A DNA stretch of 64,000 nt from an uncultured Verrucomicrobiae bacterium (GTDB lineage: Bacteria; Verrucomicrobiota; Verrucomicrobiia; Chthoniobacterales; UBA10450): assembly GCA_963726745.1 (NCBI GenBank), contig CAVSDR010000005.1, forward strand, positions 155,286-219,285, read 5' to 3'. Position numbers and translations under genes: made by a program. Below the pieces are notes generated by a model. The model was given only the letters and a program-made list of their open reading frames with translations, was not told the origin of the DNA and searched no databases. Below are positions 12,151-23,853 of the stretch, piece by piece; the stretch's first letter is position 1; each line of letters begins with the position of its first letter.

Positions 12151-13690
12151 TCACTTGTGCCGCTGCAGGAAGCGGTGCACGTCCTCGGCCAGTTTCGGGC
12201 CGATTCCCTCGGTCTGCGCGATCTGCTCGACGCTCGCTTTGCGCAGGCGATTGACCGAGCCAAACGCGCGCAGGAGGAGATTCTTGCGGTTCTGGCTCAC
12301 GCCCGGGCAATCATCCAGCAAGCTCTCGCCGATCCGCTTCTTCATCAGCAATTGGTGGTAGCCGTTGGCGAACCGATGCGCCTCGTCGCGGATGCGCTGG
12401 AGCAACCGGAGCGCGCCCGAATCGGCCGGTAATTGCAACGGCAGCGCGCGGCCCGGCCGATAAATTTCCTCAAACTCCTTTGCCAGGCCGATGATCGGCA
12501 GCTCGTGCAGCCCGAGCCGCTGGAGCTCCTTGCAGGCGGAGGAGAGCTGGCCTTTGCCGCCATCGACGATGATGAGATCGGGCAGCCGCACGCTGGTGAA
12601 TTTCGCACGCTCGAGCGCTTCCGCCGGATTCTCCTGCGAGAACTCCGCGGTCTCCGGATCGACCGCGCGCGCCTGCAGGAGCACGCGCGAATACCGCCGC
12701 CTAACGACCTCGGCCATGCTCGCGAAATCGTCCTGGCCGGCAACCGTGCGGATGCGGTAGCGGCGGTAGTTGTTCTTGTCCGGGACGCCGTCGCGGAAGC
12801 AAACCATCGAGGCAACGACGTGCGTGGTGGAAATATTCGAGATGTCGAAGCACTCCATGACCGCGGGCGCGCGCTCGAGCTGGAGCGCGTCGCGCAACGC
12901 CTCCACATCTTTCGCCGGATTGATCGTGCTCGGGAGGCTGTGGCGGGTGAAGCGCCGCATTGGCTTGGTCGTGCGCTTCAAGTCCTCGAGCATGTTTCGC
13001 AATTCGGCGGCCTTCTCGAAATCGAGCTTCTCGGCCGCTTTCTTCATCTCCTCTTCGACCGCGCCGATCATTTCCCGCGAGTGTCCCTCGAGGAAATCGC
13101 AGGCCTGGGCCACGCGCTCGCGGTATTGCTCCGCGGTCGTATCGCTCAAGCGCACCGGCACCTGATAGGTCGAGGACTTCAGCTCGCGCGCTGTCGGCGA
13201 GCCGCGGCCAAAGGTGAGCACGCCGAATTTCTTGCGCATGAAGTTCAACGTCTGCCGCAGCGCGCCGGCGTGCGCATACGGCCCGAAATAGCGCGCATTA
13301 TCGTCCTTCTTGAAACGCGCCAAACGGAAGCGCGGCCATTCCTCGCGTCGGGTCGACTTTGACCACGAGGAAGCGTTTGTCGTCGCGGAAGGAAACGTTG
13401 TAACGCGGGCGGAATTCCTTGATCAGCTTCCCTTCGAGCAGAAGCGATTCGGGCTCGCTCGCGACCGTATGGAATTCAAAATCCCAGACCGCCTCGAGCA
13501 GCGCGCGCGTCTTCAAGTCCGCCTGCGCCATGCGCGACGGGAGAAAGTAGGAGCCGACCCGCTTCCGGAGATCGCGCGCCTTGCCCACGTAGATCACGCG
13601 ATTGAAACGATCGCGCATCAAGTAGACGCCGGGCTTGTGCGGCACCTCGTGCATCCGCTTCGCCAGGTCGGGCTTTTCCTTGGTCGCCAT
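12151..13690 (-). CDS. uvrC: Excinuclease ABC subunit C (frameshift near 13345)
   Basis: GIY-YIG (PGVYLM...IYVGKA), UVR motif, ECFDISN, DGGKGQL, RDEAHRFA, HhH. Confidence 0.95.
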
Positions 13691-13693
13691 TCG

Positions 13694-14788
13694 TTAGGCC
13701 ACGGCGGCGCGCGCCCGTCGTTTTGGCATCGCGCTGTGCACCATCATCAGCTCGGTCACGTTCTCCGGCGTGAGCAACCCGACCAGCCGCTGCATCTGGT
13801 CGAGCACCGGGACAGCCGGGCAATTCGATTCCTGCATGATCCGAAAGGCCTCTTCGAACGGCATCCCGCTCGAGACCGTCGGCACGCCGCGGCGCATCAC
13901 GTCGGCTACCCGCAGGGCGGGATCGTCCTTCTTGAGCGCGGCGAACAAATCCTTGCGTAAAAGCACGCCGCTGACCGTCCCGTTCCCGTCGAGCACCGGG
14001 AAGTCGTGTTGCGACGTCGCCAGGAGCGCGTCGACCGCGGCGCTCAGCGGCGCGTCCGCCGGGAGCGTGCGGAATTCCCGCACCATCGCGCTCGAGACCG
14101 GCATCCCGCGCGAGACATCCCGCATTTGCGCGACCGCCGCTTCCTGCGAAGCGCCGATATAAATGAACAGCGCGATGAACAGGAGCATCGGGTTCCCGAA
14201 CAAGCCGGCGAAGCCGAAGAGGAAGGCGCACGCCTGGCCGACCGTGGCCGCGATCTGGGTGGCGCGGGCGTAGTTCAACCGCGTCGCCAGGAGCGCGCGC
14301 AGGACGCGGCCGCCATCCATCGGGAAAGCAGGCAGCAAATTGAAAAGCACCAGGACGATGTTGATCGTGAGCAATTGCCGGAGCAGATCGGGCGCTTCGA
14401 CCACGTTGCCGCCCACTTCGCCGCGGAAACCGGTGACCAGGAAAAGGCCGAGCGCGATCGCGACATTCACCGCGGGTCCGGCGAGCGCGACCACCAGTTC
14501 CTGGCTCGGCTTGTCCGGCATCCGCTCCATCCGCGCGACCCCGCCGATCGGCAGGAGGGTGATATCCGGCGTCTTGATTCCGTAGGCCCGCCCGGCGATC
14601 ACGTGCCCGAATTCATGCAGGAGCACGCAGAGAAAAAGCAGCAGGATGAAAAAGACGCGCGCCGCTGCCGCCGCGGTCCCGCCTTGCGAATAATAACTGA
14701 AAGCCAGCCACGCCAGCAGCAGCAGGAACGTAACGTGAATGCGCACGACGGTGCCGCCGGCGCGAAATATGGGAATCGACCAACTCAT
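13694..14788 (-). CDS. Site-2 protease (M50) with CBS domains
   Basis: HEFGH, NLLPAFPMDGGR, tandem CBS domains. Confidence 0.92.
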   Translation of the reverse strand: MSWSIPIFRAGGTVVRIHVTFLLLLAWLAFSYYSQGGTAAAAARVFFILLLFLCVLLHEFGHVIAGRAYGIKTPDITLLPIGGVARMERMPDKPSQELVVALAGPAVNVAIALGLFLVTGFRGEVGGNVVEAPDLLRQLLTINIVLVLFNLLPAFPMDGGRVLRALLATRLNYARATQIAATVGQACAFLFGFAGLFGNPMLLFIALFIYIGASQEAAVAQMRDVSRGMPVSSAMVREFRTLPADAPLSAAVDALLATSQHDFPVLDGNGTVSGVLLRKDLFAALKKDDPALRVADVMRRGVPTVSSGMPFEEAFRIMQESNCPAVPVLDQMQRLVGLLTPENVTELMMVHSAMPKRRARAAVA

Positions 14789-14856
14789 GGATTTGCTCTC
14801 GCGGGGGAAACGTATCCCCACTTCCCCGGCCGTGCATGTGCGCCGACGCTCTCCGC

Positions 14857-15879
14857 ATGTTTGACGTCGCGATCATCGGCAGCGGCCCGGCCGGCGCGAC
14901 CTGCGCGCTCCTCTGCGCGCGCGCCGGTCTGCGCACGCTCCTGCTCGAGCGGGAGAAATTTCCGCGCGAGAAAGTCTGCGGCGATTGCCTGAACCCGGCC
15001 TGCCTGCCGGTGCTGGAACGTCTTGGCCTAACGAGTGCACTGGAGAGCCTGCCGCACGCGCGCCTGCGCCGGGTGGAGTTCATCGCCATCGGCGGGAAGC
15101 AGGTCGCGATCGACTTCGAGGGACGCAGCGAGATCGCGGTCAAGCGGAGCCATCTCGACCGGATGCTGATGGAGGCGGCGCGGGCCGCGGGGGCGGAAGT
15201 GCGCGAAGGTTTCACCCTCCAGCGCGTGACTTCCGCGGGGGATGGCTGGGAATTAAACAGCGAGATCGCGGCGCGCTCGCTGGTCGCGGCGGACGGGCGG
15301 AACTCGACCGTGGCGCGCTTGCTCGGCTTGCTCCCGCGGATCGAGCGCGAGCGCGTGGCCCTGCAGACGCACCTGAAGTTGCCGCCTGATTTTGGCGAGC
15401 GCGTGGTCCTGCATTTTTTGCCCGAAGGCTACGCCGGTTACGCGCCCGTGGGCGAAGGGCAGCTCAATCTTTGCCTCGTGAGCCGGCCGGCGGGCATGGC
15501 CGCGTTGCGCCGGTGGGCGGAGGAGCGCTTCGGCCTCACCGCGGAGCATCCCTGGCGGACGATCACGCCGTTGCGGCGCGCGCCGATCGCGCCGGGAGGT
15601 CGCCGGCTCTTTTTCGCGGGCGACGCCGCGCGCGTGGTCGAGCCGTTCACTGGCGAGGGAATTTTCTACGCGCTGCGCACCGGGGAGCTGGCCGCGATGT
15701 GCCTCGTCGATGGACGCGACTACGCCGCGGCGCACGCCGAGCTCTATCGTGGACGGCTTTGGATTAATCGTCTCGCCCGGGCTGCGGTGCTCTCGCCGCG
15801 CGCGACTTCGTTGCTCCTGCGCGCCGGCCTGGCGCACCCGAAATTACTCGGTGCGCTCACGACCAAGGTCGTCGGCTAA
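14857..15879 (+). CDS. FAD-dependent oxidoreductase (geranylgeranyl reductase-like)
   Basis: GSGPAG, FPREKVCG, ADG, GDAA..VEPFTGEGI. Confidence 0.85.
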   Translation: MFDVAIIGSGPAGATCALLCARAGLRTLLLEREKFPREKVCGDCLNPACLPVLERLGLTSALESLPHARLRRVEFIAIGGKQVAIDFEGRSEIAVKRSHLDRMLMEAARAAGAEVREGFTLQRVTSAGDGWELNSEIAARSLVAADGRNSTVARLLGLLPRIERERVALQTHLKLPPDFGERVVLHFLPEGYAGYAPVGEGQLNLCLVSRPAGMAALRRWAEERFGLTAEHPWRTITPLRRAPIAPGGRRLFFAGDAARVVEPFTGEGIFYALRTGELAAMCLVDGRDYAAAHAELYRGRLWINRLARAAVLSPRATSLLLRAGLAHPKLLGALTTKVVG

Positions 15880-15880
15880 A

Positions 15881-16762
15881 TCAGCGCATGGCCTGCTGGC
15901 AGGCTTTGACCGTGTTTGCCATCAACATCGCGATCGTCATCGGGCCGACGCCGCCGGGCACCGGGGTGATCGCGCGGGTTTTGGGTGCGACCTCGTCAAA
16001 GGCAACATCGCCCACGAGCCGGTAACCGCGCGGCGCGCCCGCGTCTTCCACGCGATTGATCCCGACATCGATCACGACCGCGCCCTCGCGCACGTGTTCC
16101 GCTTTGACGAAACCGGCCTGGCCGATCGCGGCGATAACGATGTCGGCCGAGCGCGTGATCTCCGCGAGGTTCCGGCTGCGCGAATGGACCACAGTCACGG
16201 TCGCGTTGGCGTTCGGCGCTTTCGCCATCAGGAGCAAGGCCAGCGGCTTGCCGACGATCATGCTCCGGCCGAGCACGACCACGTGCGCGCCGGCGATCTC
16301 GACGCCGCTCTCCGCGAGCAGGCGCTGGCAGCCAAGCGGCGTGCAAGGGACGAAGCCGCTCGCGTCGCCCATGGCGAGCTTGGCGACGTTGAGCGGATGG
16401 AAGCCATCGACATCTTTCGCTGGGTCAAGCGCGCGCACGATCGCGGCTTCGTCGATCTGTTTCGGCGGCGGCGATTGCACGAGAATGCCGTGCACTGCGG
16501 GGTCGCGATTCAACTCGGCGACGCGCGCGAGCAGGTCTTCCTGCGTGGTCTCGGCGGGCAACTCGAGCTTGACCGAATGAAGGCCAAGGTCGCGGCACAT
16601 CTTGTCCTTTGAACGGACGTAAGCGCGCGAAGCGGGATCGTCGCCGACAAGAACGACTGCGAGCCCGGGGGTGATGCCGCGCCCTTTCAGCTCCGCGATT
16701 TCGCCGCGCAGCTCCGCATAGACTTTCTCCGCAACCGCGCGGCCGTCGATCAAGTGCGCCAT
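15881..16762 (-). CDS. folD: Methylenetetrahydrofolate dehydrogenase/cyclohydrolase
   Basis: [31 protein letters not shown]. Confidence 0.97.
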   Translation of the reverse strand: MAHLIDGRAVAEKVYAELRGEIAELKGRGITPGLAVVLVGDDPASRAYVRSKDKMCRDLGLHSVKLELPAETTQEDLLARVAELNRDPAVHGILVQSPPPKQIDEAAIVRALDPAKDVDGFHPLNVAKLAMGDASGFVPCTPLGCQRLLAESGVEIAGAHVVVLGRSMIVGKPLALLLMAKAPNANATVTVVHSRSRNLAEITRSADIVIAAIGQAGFVKAEHVREGAVVIDVGINRVEDAGAPRGYRLVGDVAFDEVAPKTRAITPVPGGVGPMTIAMLMANTVKACQQAMR

Positions 16763-16764
16763 GC

Positions 16765-17409
16765 TCACAGCATCTCCACGATTTGCATGATCGCATTCTG
16801 CAAACGCAGGCGCTCAGCTTCAAATTCCTCGTCGGTCGCGGTGGGCCGCACCGGGAGGAGAGGGCCGAAGATCACGCGCACTTTCGAGAACGGCTTCGGA
16901 ATGATGAAGCGATCCCAACTCCCGAGGCGCCAGCAGCTCGAAAATTCGAAGTTCGTTGGGAGGAGCGGCGCGCCGGATTTCTGCGCGAGGAAAACGATCC
17001 CGGCGCCGAGCTGGTAGGCTGGGCCGCGCGGGCCATCCGGCGTGATCGCGACGTCGCGGCCGCTTTGGAGGACGTCGGCTAGTTGCAGCATCGCGCTGGC
17101 GCCGCGGCGCGAGCTCGAGCCGCGCGCGACCTCGACGTCGTAGCGGCGGACGAATTCCGAGAGCATCTCGCCGTCGCGGCTGGCGCTGATGAGCGCGACC
17201 GCGCGCCGGTGCGGGATGAAATGCCGCGCGACGTGCGGCCAAAGGAAAAGACGATTGTGCCAGAGCGCGCCGATCACGCGTTCGTTAGGCGGCAACTTCA
17301 GGAAACCGCCCGGATCGTCGATCTGGTAGCGCAGGGTGCGCACCCAGATTTGCTGGAGGTAATACGCGAAGGCGATGAGCCAGCGCGCCGGGCGGCCACG
17401 GATTTTCAA
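16765..17409 (-). CDS. Lysophospholipid acyltransferase-like protein (DUF374)
   Basis: [40 protein letters not shown] start overlaps the ubiX stop. Confidence 0.85.
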   Translation of the reverse strand: MKIRGRPARWLIAFAYYLQQIWVRTLRYQIDDPGGFLKLPPNERVIGALWHNRLFLWPHVARHFIPHRRAVALISASRDGEMLSEFVRRYDVEVARGSSSRRGASAMLQLADVLQSGRDVAITPDGPRGPAYQLGAGIVFLAQKSGAPLLPTNFEFSSCWRLGSWDRFIIPKPFSKVRVIFGPLLPVRPTATDEEFEAERLRLQNAIMQIVEML

Positions 17410-17969
17410 ACTTCGCTGGCTTCCGGATCGCGCCAGCGGTAGGCGCGCGGGTTCGGCAGATTGAGTTGATCGAGAATGCGCCAGACGACGGTGTCGGCGA
17501 CGTCGTTGACCGTCTGCGGGCGGCTGTAGAACGAGGGAATAGCCGGCAAGACGACCGCGCCGGCCTCGAGCAGCGTGACTACGTTGCGCGCGTGGATCAG
17601 GCTCCACGGGGTCTCGCGCGGCACGACGATGAGCTGGCGGCGTTCCTTCAGAAAAACGTCGGCCGCGCGGAGGAGCGCGCTGGTGCCGGAACCGCTGGCG
17701 ATGCGGCCGAGGGTCGACATGGAGCAGGGGACGATGACCATGGCGTCGAAGCGCGCCGAGCCGCTGACGTAGGGGACGTTGAGGTCGTTCTCGGTCTGCC
17801 GGTGCACTCCGGCGGGGATGCGGAGCTCGTCGGTTTCCTGCGTGGCCACCTGCCGCGCGTGCCCGCTGAGAATGAGATGGACCTCGTGCGCCGCGGGATC
17901 GATTTGATCGAGCAAGCGCTGGAGATAGATCGTGCCGCTGGCGCCGGTGGCGGCGATGACGAGTTTCAT
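17406..17969 (-). CDS. ubiX: Flavin prenyltransferase UbiX
   Basis: TGASG, SGS, PCSMSTL, RAADVFLKERR, PRETP, PSFY. Confidence 0.95.
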   Translation of the reverse strand: MKLVIAATGASGTIYLQRLLDQIDPAAHEVHLILSGHARQVATQETDELRIPAGVHRQTENDLNVPYVSGSARFDAMVIVPCSMSTLGRIASGSGTSALLRAADVFLKERRQLIVVPRETPWSLIHARNVVTLLEAGAVVLPAIPSFYSRPQTVNDVADTVVWRILDQLNLPNPRAYRWRDPEASEV

Positions 17970-18005
17970 TCGCGCCTACGGTAAGCGCGGCCCATATTTT
18001 CCTCC

Positions 18006-18386
18006 ATGATCAAAAAGCTCCTTCACACGCGCTACCGGGTTCAGGATTTGGAGAAGACGGTGAGCTTTTACCGCGACGTCCTCGGGCTCGAGGAAGTGCG
18101 CCGCCACACCTCAGGGCGCGGCTCGCAGCTGGTCTTCCTGAAGGCGCCGGGGAGCGAGGAGGAGATCGAGCTCTGCAAGTTCGACGAGAGCGGTCCGGTG
18201 GTGGTGGGCCCGGACCTGACGCACCTCGCCTTTGAGGTGGACGACATCGAAGAGTTTGGGAAAGCGACCGCGGCCAAAGGCTACCCGCTCTCCGACGGAC
18301 CACACCCGAACAGCAACGGCGGCGCGATCGCGTTCATCGACGCGCCCGAAGGCTACGAGGTCGAGCTGATCCAGCGCGGGAAATAG
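18006..18386 (+). CDS. VOC-family protein / lactoylglutathione lyase
   Basis: LHTRYRV..LEK..SFY..VLG, HLAFEV, AFIDAPEGYEVELI. Confidence 0.88.
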   Translation: MIKKLLHTRYRVQDLEKTVSFYRDVLGLEEVRRHTSGRGSQLVFLKAPGSEEEIELCKFDESGPVVVGPDLTHLAFEVDDIEEFGKATAAKGYPLSDGPHPNSNGGAIAFIDAPEGYEVELIQRGK

Positions 18387-18431
18387 CCGGCAGGATGGCG
18401 CGCCCCTTGCGCTACGCAGGGAGGTAACACA

Positions 18432-19355
18432 GTGTCACCCGTGAATTTCGTCCGTCATCCTTTCGTTGCTTTTTCGACCGCGCTGCTCTGTTGCGCGCTC
18501 GCGACCTCTGCCTTTGCCGCGCCGAAAAAGAAGAGGAAATCCACTTCTTCGAAGCCGAAAAAGACGGAGATGGAGGCAGTGCGGGCCTTGCCGGCGAACA
18601 CCGGCGGCTCGCAGCAGACTGGCGGCATCCCGTCGGTCAAGGCCAAGGCCGTGATCGTGGTCGATGCGCGCACCGGCGAAGTTTTGTATGAAAAAAACGC
18701 GGACGCGCAGCGGGCCGCGGCGAGCACGCAGAAATTGCTCACGGCCTTGATCGTGGCCGAGCGCGGCTATCTCGATAAGGAAGTCACGGTCATGCCGGGC
18801 GACACCTACGCCGAGCCGGTGAAGCTGAATATCAAGGCTGGCGAAAGTTACCGCCGGATCGATTTATTGCGCGCGCTCCTGGTGAAAAGCCCAAACGATG
18901 TCGCCCGTTGCCTGGCGCGCGATTCCGCCGGGAGCTTGGACGCGTTTGCCTACCTGATGAACGAGAAAGCGCGCTCGTTAGGCGCGACCAACTCGCATTT
19001 CGTGAACCCGAACGGCCTCCCGATTCCCGGGCAGTACTCGACCGCGCGCGACCTTTCGTTGATCGCGCGCGCCGCCTACGCCAATCCGACGATCCGCTCG
19101 ATCGTTTCCATGCCGACGCTGGTCTTTCGTTATTCCGATGGGCGCACGCGCGAGCTCGAGAACACAAACAAAGTCCTGAAGCGCCTGCCTTACTGTAACG
19201 GGATGAAGACCGGCTACACCGAGGCAGCCGGGCATTGCCTTATCTCCAGCGGCGCGCGGCCGGGACGCGACGTCATCGCCGTGGTCTTGGGCGATGCCAA
19301 AGGCCAGGTTTGGTCGGACTCGGCGGCGCTTCTCTCCTGGGCGCTTTGGATGTAG
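18432..19355 (+). CDS. D-alanyl-D-alanine carboxypeptidase (peptidase S11)
   Basis: Signal peptide; SxxK (STQK), SxN (SPN), KTG. Confidence 0.92.
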   Translation: MSPVNFVRHPFVAFSTALLCCALATSAFAAPKKKRKSTSSKPKKTEMEAVRALPANTGGSQQTGGIPSVKAKAVIVVDARTGEVLYEKNADAQRAAASTQKLLTALIVAERGYLDKEVTVMPGDTYAEPVKLNIKAGESYRRIDLLRALLVKSPNDVARCLARDSAGSLDAFAYLMNEKARSLGATNSHFVNPNGLPIPGQYSTARDLSLIARAAYANPTIRSIVSMPTLVFRYSDGRTRELENTNKVLKRLPYCNGMKTGYTEAAGHCLISSGARPGRDVIAVVLGDAKGQVWSDSAALLSWALWM

Positions 19356-19375
19356 CTTCCGCCTTTGGCGGAGGC

Positions 19376-20564
19376 ATGATGGACGATCCTTTCCACGAAC
19401 GGTTGCAGGCGCTGCGCGCGCAATCGCTCCATCGCAAGCTGCGCGAGATCGGCACTGCGCAGGGAGCCGAGGTGGATGTCGTCGGCCGGCACCTGGTCAA
19501 CTTTTCCTCGAACGATTACCTCGGGCTGGCGAACGATCCGATCCTGCGGGAGGCGGCCACGGCGGCGATCGCGGAGTTCGGTGTGGGCGCGGGCGCTTCA
19601 CGACTCGTGAGCGGCACGCAATCGCCGCACCTGCGACTCGAGAGCGCGCTGGCTAAATGGAAAGGCACACCCGCGGCGCTCAGCTTCAGCAGCGGGCACG
19701 CGGCGGCCTTGGGGACGATTCCCGCGCTCGTCGGCAAGAGCCGACGTGATCTTGCTGGATAAACTCGCGCACGCCTCGCTGATCGACGGCGCGAAATTAA
19801 GCGGCGCGCTCATCCGGGTCTTCCCGCACAACCATCTCGGCAAGCTCGAGAGCCACCTCGATTGGGCCCGGCGCGAGCATCCCGAGGCGCGGCTCCTGAT
19901 CATCACCGAATCAGTCTTTTCCATGGACGGCGACCGCGCGCCGCTGCGCGCACTGGTTGGCTTGAAGAAACGCTTTGGCGCGATGCTCTTGCTCGACGAG
20001 GCACACGCGGTCGGCGTCATCGGCACGCATGGCCGCGGGCTGGCCGCGGAGGAAAATCTGACCGCGCACATCGATGTGCAGATGGGTACGATGAGCAAAG
20101 CGCTCGGCGTGAGCGGCGGCTACGTTTGCGGTTCGCGCAGCTTGATCGAGTGGCTGATCAACCGTGCACGCTCCTTTATTTTCTCGACCGCACCGCCGCC
20201 CGCGCTGGCGGCGGCGGCGCAGGCGGCGATCGAGTTTCTCGGCTCGGCCGCCGGCGAAGAGCGCCGGCTGCTCCTCTGGCGGCGGATCGAGACGCTGCGG
20301 CATTTGCTGGCGCAACGGTCTCTCGAGACCGCCGGCGGCAGCGCGATTCACCCGCTGGTGGTGGGCGACGAGGAAGCCGCGCTGGAACTCTCGCGCGCGC
20401 TCCAGGCCGAGGGATTTCTCGTCCCGGCGATTCGATATCCCACGGTCGCGCGCGGCGCCGCGCGCCTGCGGATCACCGTGACCGCGGCGCACGACGAGGC
20501 GCAGTTGCGAGGATTAGCCGACGCTTTGGACCGGCTCCGGCCAGACCTGCGCTCGGCGGCCTAG
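19376..20564 (+). CDS. bioF: 8-amino-7-oxononanoate synthase (frameshift near 19745)
   Basis: NFSSNDYLGL, GAGASRL, HASLIDG, ESVFSMDGD, DEAH, GTMSKALG. Confidence 0.93.
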
Positions 20565-20824
20565 AGGCTGCCGGCGGCGTTCTGCCGCAGGAGCGGGGTC
20601 GGCAGCAGGCTCGGGTTGCGGTTTGGATCGACCGAACGCGTCGCGGGCACGTCTTCCGGTCCTTCTGCCGGAGGCGCGGGCTCGGCCACCGTGTTCGGAT
20701 TTGAGGCCGTGCGTTGCGCAAGCATGCGCGACTGCAAATTCTCGCGGCCAGCGGTGCGTGAAGTGGTTTGGCAGGCGGTAAAGCTCGAGAGCGCGAGCAG
20801 GCAAACAGCAAGTTTGATCATCAT
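20561..20824 (-). CDS. Small lipoprotein
   Basis: MIKLAVCLLALSSFTA|C lipobox-like signal. Confidence 0.6.
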   Translation of the reverse strand: MMIKLAVCLLALSSFTACQTTSRTAGRENLQSRMLAQRTASNPNTVAEPAPPAEGPEDVPATRSVDPNRNPSLLPTPLLRQNAAGSL

Positions 20825-20958
20825 AATTTTAGTCCCCAATTTCGGAGGCGAGCGTCCCAGTTGCTGCCTACGGAAGAATTAGAGCACAAATAAAAATTCT
20901 GTGGCAAGTACGACCTTTGCTAGGTCAATCCTGCGACTCAGGAATGAGAAAGCGTCGG

Positions 20959-21825
20959 CTAAAATCGCCCGAGAATAGGCGACAACTTCTGCCGCGTCCC
21001 CTCCGGCCAGAGCTTCCGGTCGGTCACCAGCGCGGCGTCGAGCGCGCGGTGCTCCGGCCAGGTCGGTTGCTCGGGAATTTTCGGAATTGCGAGGGCCAGA
21101 ACCTTTTTCGCGGCTTCGGCATTGGCCAGCAAATGACCGAAAACCGACTCCGCGGAGACCGGCTCCTCCTCGATCTTCCAGCAATCGTAATCCGTGATCA
21201 TGGCCATCGTCCCGAGCGCGATCTCGGCTTCCCGGGCCAGCTTCGCTTCCGGCAAATTCGTCATGCCAATGACGTCGAAACCGTGCCGGCGATTTAGATT
21301 CGACTCGGCGCGCGTGGAGAAAGCCGGGCCGTCCATGTTCACGTAAGTGCCGCCGTTATGCACGTTCACGCCCGCGGCCTGCGCCGCTTCCGCGAGGATT
21401 CGTCGCATCGCGGTGCTGATCGGCTCGGCAAAGCCGATGTGCGCCGCAATCCCCTCGCCGAAGAAAGTGTGCTGCGCGCGCTGGCTGGTGCGGTCGTAGA
21501 ACTGATCCGGCAGGACGATGTCGCGCGGGGCGTATTTCTCCTGGAGGCTGCCGACCGCGGTCACGCAAATGATCCAGCGCACGCCGAGCGAACGAAGCGC
21601 CCAGATGTTCGCGCGGTGATTTAGTTCATGCGGAAGAAGGCGATGGCCGCGGCCGTGGCGCGGGAGGAAATAGATCTGCCGGCCGTGCAACGTCCCGCCG
21701 AAAAGAGCATCGGAGGGCGCCCCGAAGGGAGTTTCCACCTGCTGCTCGGTCGGATTCTCGATCCCTTCCATTTGGTAAAGGCCGCTGCCTCCGATGATGC
21801 CGATCGCGGGTGCTGGTGCTGTCAT
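20959..21825 (-). CDS. mtnP: S-methyl-5'-thioadenosine phosphorylase
   Basis: GIIGGSG, PRHG, AVGSL, GPAFSTRAES, GMT, TDYDCW. Confidence 0.95.
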   Translation of the reverse strand: MTAPAPAIGIIGGSGLYQMEGIENPTEQQVETPFGAPSDALFGGTLHGRQIYFLPRHGRGHRLLPHELNHRANIWALRSLGVRWIICVTAVGSLQEKYAPRDIVLPDQFYDRTSQRAQHTFFGEGIAAHIGFAEPISTAMRRILAEAAQAAGVNVHNGGTYVNMDGPAFSTRAESNLNRRHGFDVIGMTNLPEAKLAREAEIALGTMAMITDYDCWKIEEEPVSAESVFGHLLANAEAAKKVLALAIPKIPEQPTWPEHRALDAALVTDRKLWPEGTRQKLSPILGRF

Positions 21826-21927
21826 GCGGCGGGAGTTAAACCGAAGCGCGCACCTTGGGGAAGGGGAATTCTGCGGCGAGGCGGTCGTGGCGCGGGGTGG
21901 GCCCCTGTGCCACTGTTGCCTCCCGCG

Positions 21928-23283
21928 ATGCCGAAATTTTTCATCAAGACCTACGGCTGCCAGATGAACGAGCGCGACTCCGAGCAGGTGGCGCACTCGC
22001 TCCGGGAGCGCGGCTACGAGGCCGCGGCGCACGAGGCCGAGGCCGACGTGGTTCTCTTGAACACCTGCAGCGTGCGCGACATGGCCGACCAAAAGGCGCT
22101 GGGAAAAATGGGCATGATGAGTGTGCTGGCTAAACGCCGGCCGGAAGTGGTCTTCGGCTTTCTCGGCTGCATGGCGCAGGCGCGCGGCGATGCGCTATTC
22201 AAGGGCCTGCCGCATCTCGACCTGGTCGTGGGCACGCAAAAATTCCATCGCGTGGCTGATTACGTGGAGGAGTTGCTCGAGAAAAAACGCGCGCAACGGA
22301 TGGACGATCTCCGCTTCTCCATCTGCGACATCGCGGAGGAAGCCGGCTCGCAGGAGACCATCCGCGACCAGGAGCTCGCGCCCCGGCAGGCGACCGCGTT
22401 TGTCTCGATCATGCAGGGCTGCAACATGCACTGCACTTTTTGCATCGTGCCGTATACCCGCGGGGCTGAGCGCAGCCGAGGCATCGCCGAGATCGTCGAG
22501 GAAGTGCGGGCGCTGGTCGCGCGCGGCGTGCGCGAAGTGACGCTCCTCGGCCAGATCGTGAACCTCTACGGGCGCCACGAATTTGCGAAGGTGGGAGGCA
22601 AGAGCCCGTTTGTGCAGTTGCTCGAGGCGGTGCACGCGGTCGAGGGGCTGCAGCGGCTGCGCTTCACCTCGCCGCATCCGATCGGTTTCCGCGACGATTT
22701 GATCAATGCGCTGGCTGATTTGCCGAAGCTTGCGGAGCACGTGCATCTCCCGCTCCAGTCCGGCTCCGATCGCATCCTGAAAGCGATGCATCGCCCTTAC
22801 ACCGCGGCGAAATACAGCCGGCTGGTCGAGCGCATCCGCGCGGCGCGGCCGGACGTGGCTGTGACCACGGATGTGATCGTCGGTTTTCCCGGCGAGACCG
22901 AGGAGGATTATCAGCAGACGCGCGCGCTCGTAGAGCATCTGCAGTTCGACAACGCTTTCATCTTTCGCTACTCCACGCGCGCCGGCACCCCGGCCGCGAT
23001 CGCCGGCGAGCAGGTGCCGGAAGCGATCAAGGAAGCGCGCAACAAGGACCTGCTGGGCGTGGTCGACGTTTCCGCGCACCGCGCGAACGATCGTCTGCTC
23101 GGGCGCGAGGTGGAGATTCTCTGCGAAGGCCCGAGCCGGAATAACGCCGCGCGTTTGATGGGCCGCACGCGCACGAACAAGATCGTCGTCTTCGAGGACG
23201 CGGCCAATCGCGCCGGCGAACTGCTCCGCATTCGCGTGGAGCAGGCGAATGGTTTCAGCTTGTATGGCACGCCGGTCGTGTAA
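21928..23283 (+). CDS. miaB: tRNA methylthiotransferase MiaB
   Basis: TYGCQMN, NTCSVR, CxxxCxxC, C-terminal TRAM domain. Confidence 0.96.
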   Translation: MPKFFIKTYGCQMNERDSEQVAHSLRERGYEAAAHEAEADVVLLNTCSVRDMADQKALGKMGMMSVLAKRRPEVVFGFLGCMAQARGDALFKGLPHLDLVVGTQKFHRVADYVEELLEKKRAQRMDDLRFSICDIAEEAGSQETIRDQELAPRQATAFVSIMQGCNMHCTFCIVPYTRGAERSRGIAEIVEEVRALVARGVREVTLLGQIVNLYGRHEFAKVGGKSPFVQLLEAVHAVEGLQRLRFTSPHPIGFRDDLINALADLPKLAEHVHLPLQSGSDRILKAMHRPYTAAKYSRLVERIRAARPDVAVTTDVIVGFPGETEEDYQQTRALVEHLQFDNAFIFRYSTRAGTPAAIAGEQVPEAIKEARNKDLLGVVDVSAHRANDRLLGREVEILCEGPSRNNAARLMGRTRTNKIVVFEDAANRAGELLRIRVEQANGFSLYGTPVV

Positions 23284-23301
23284 CCCTGCCGCTCCCGTCG
23301 C

Positions 23302-23853
23302 ATGATCTATCATCTCTCGCTCCAGACCGCCGGCCTGCTTGCGGCGATTTTTCTTCTGCTCGTGAGCGCGCCGGCGCTGCTCTTGCCCGAACCTTCGCGC
23401 ACGTGGATGCGGCGGCTGCCGCGCTCGTTTCCCGTGGGCGCGTTGCTGCTCACGATCGCGCTCGTTTGGAGCTTTTGGCTGCTCGCGACCATGGAGATGG
23501 GCGAGTTCTCCAGTTTCCGGAAGCCGCTCATGTTCGCGCTCCCGATAGGCTATTTTTTGGTGCTGAAATTCGTGAATGAATTTCTCGCGGTGCGCGCGCT
23601 TGGGATGCTCTACCTGCTCGCGGCCGAGCCGCTCCTCGATGCCGCTTTCCTGCGCTACGAATCGAGCCGCCTCCTGGTCACGGTGCTGGCTTACATCTTG
23701 ATCGTGAAAGGTCTTTTCTACGTGACCATGCCGTATCTCCTGCGCGACCAGATCGCCTGGAGCACCGCTTCCAAAGGTCGCTGGCTCTCCTTGAACGCGG
23801 TCACGCTCGCTTACGGCGGGGTGATTCTTTTCTGCGCGCTCACGCTTTATTAA
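23302..23853 (+). CDS. Hypothetical membrane protein
   Basis: 183 aa hydrophobic ORF co-oriented with miaB. Confidence 0.75.
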   Translation: MIYHLSLQTAGLLAAIFLLLVSAPALLLPEPSRTWMRRLPRSFPVGALLLTIALVWSFWLLATMEMGEFSSFRKPLMFALPIGYFLVLKFVNEFLAVRALGMLYLLAAEPLLDAAFLRYESSRLLVTVLAYILIVKGLFYVTMPYLLRDQIAWSTASKGRWLSLNAVTLAYGGVILFCALTLY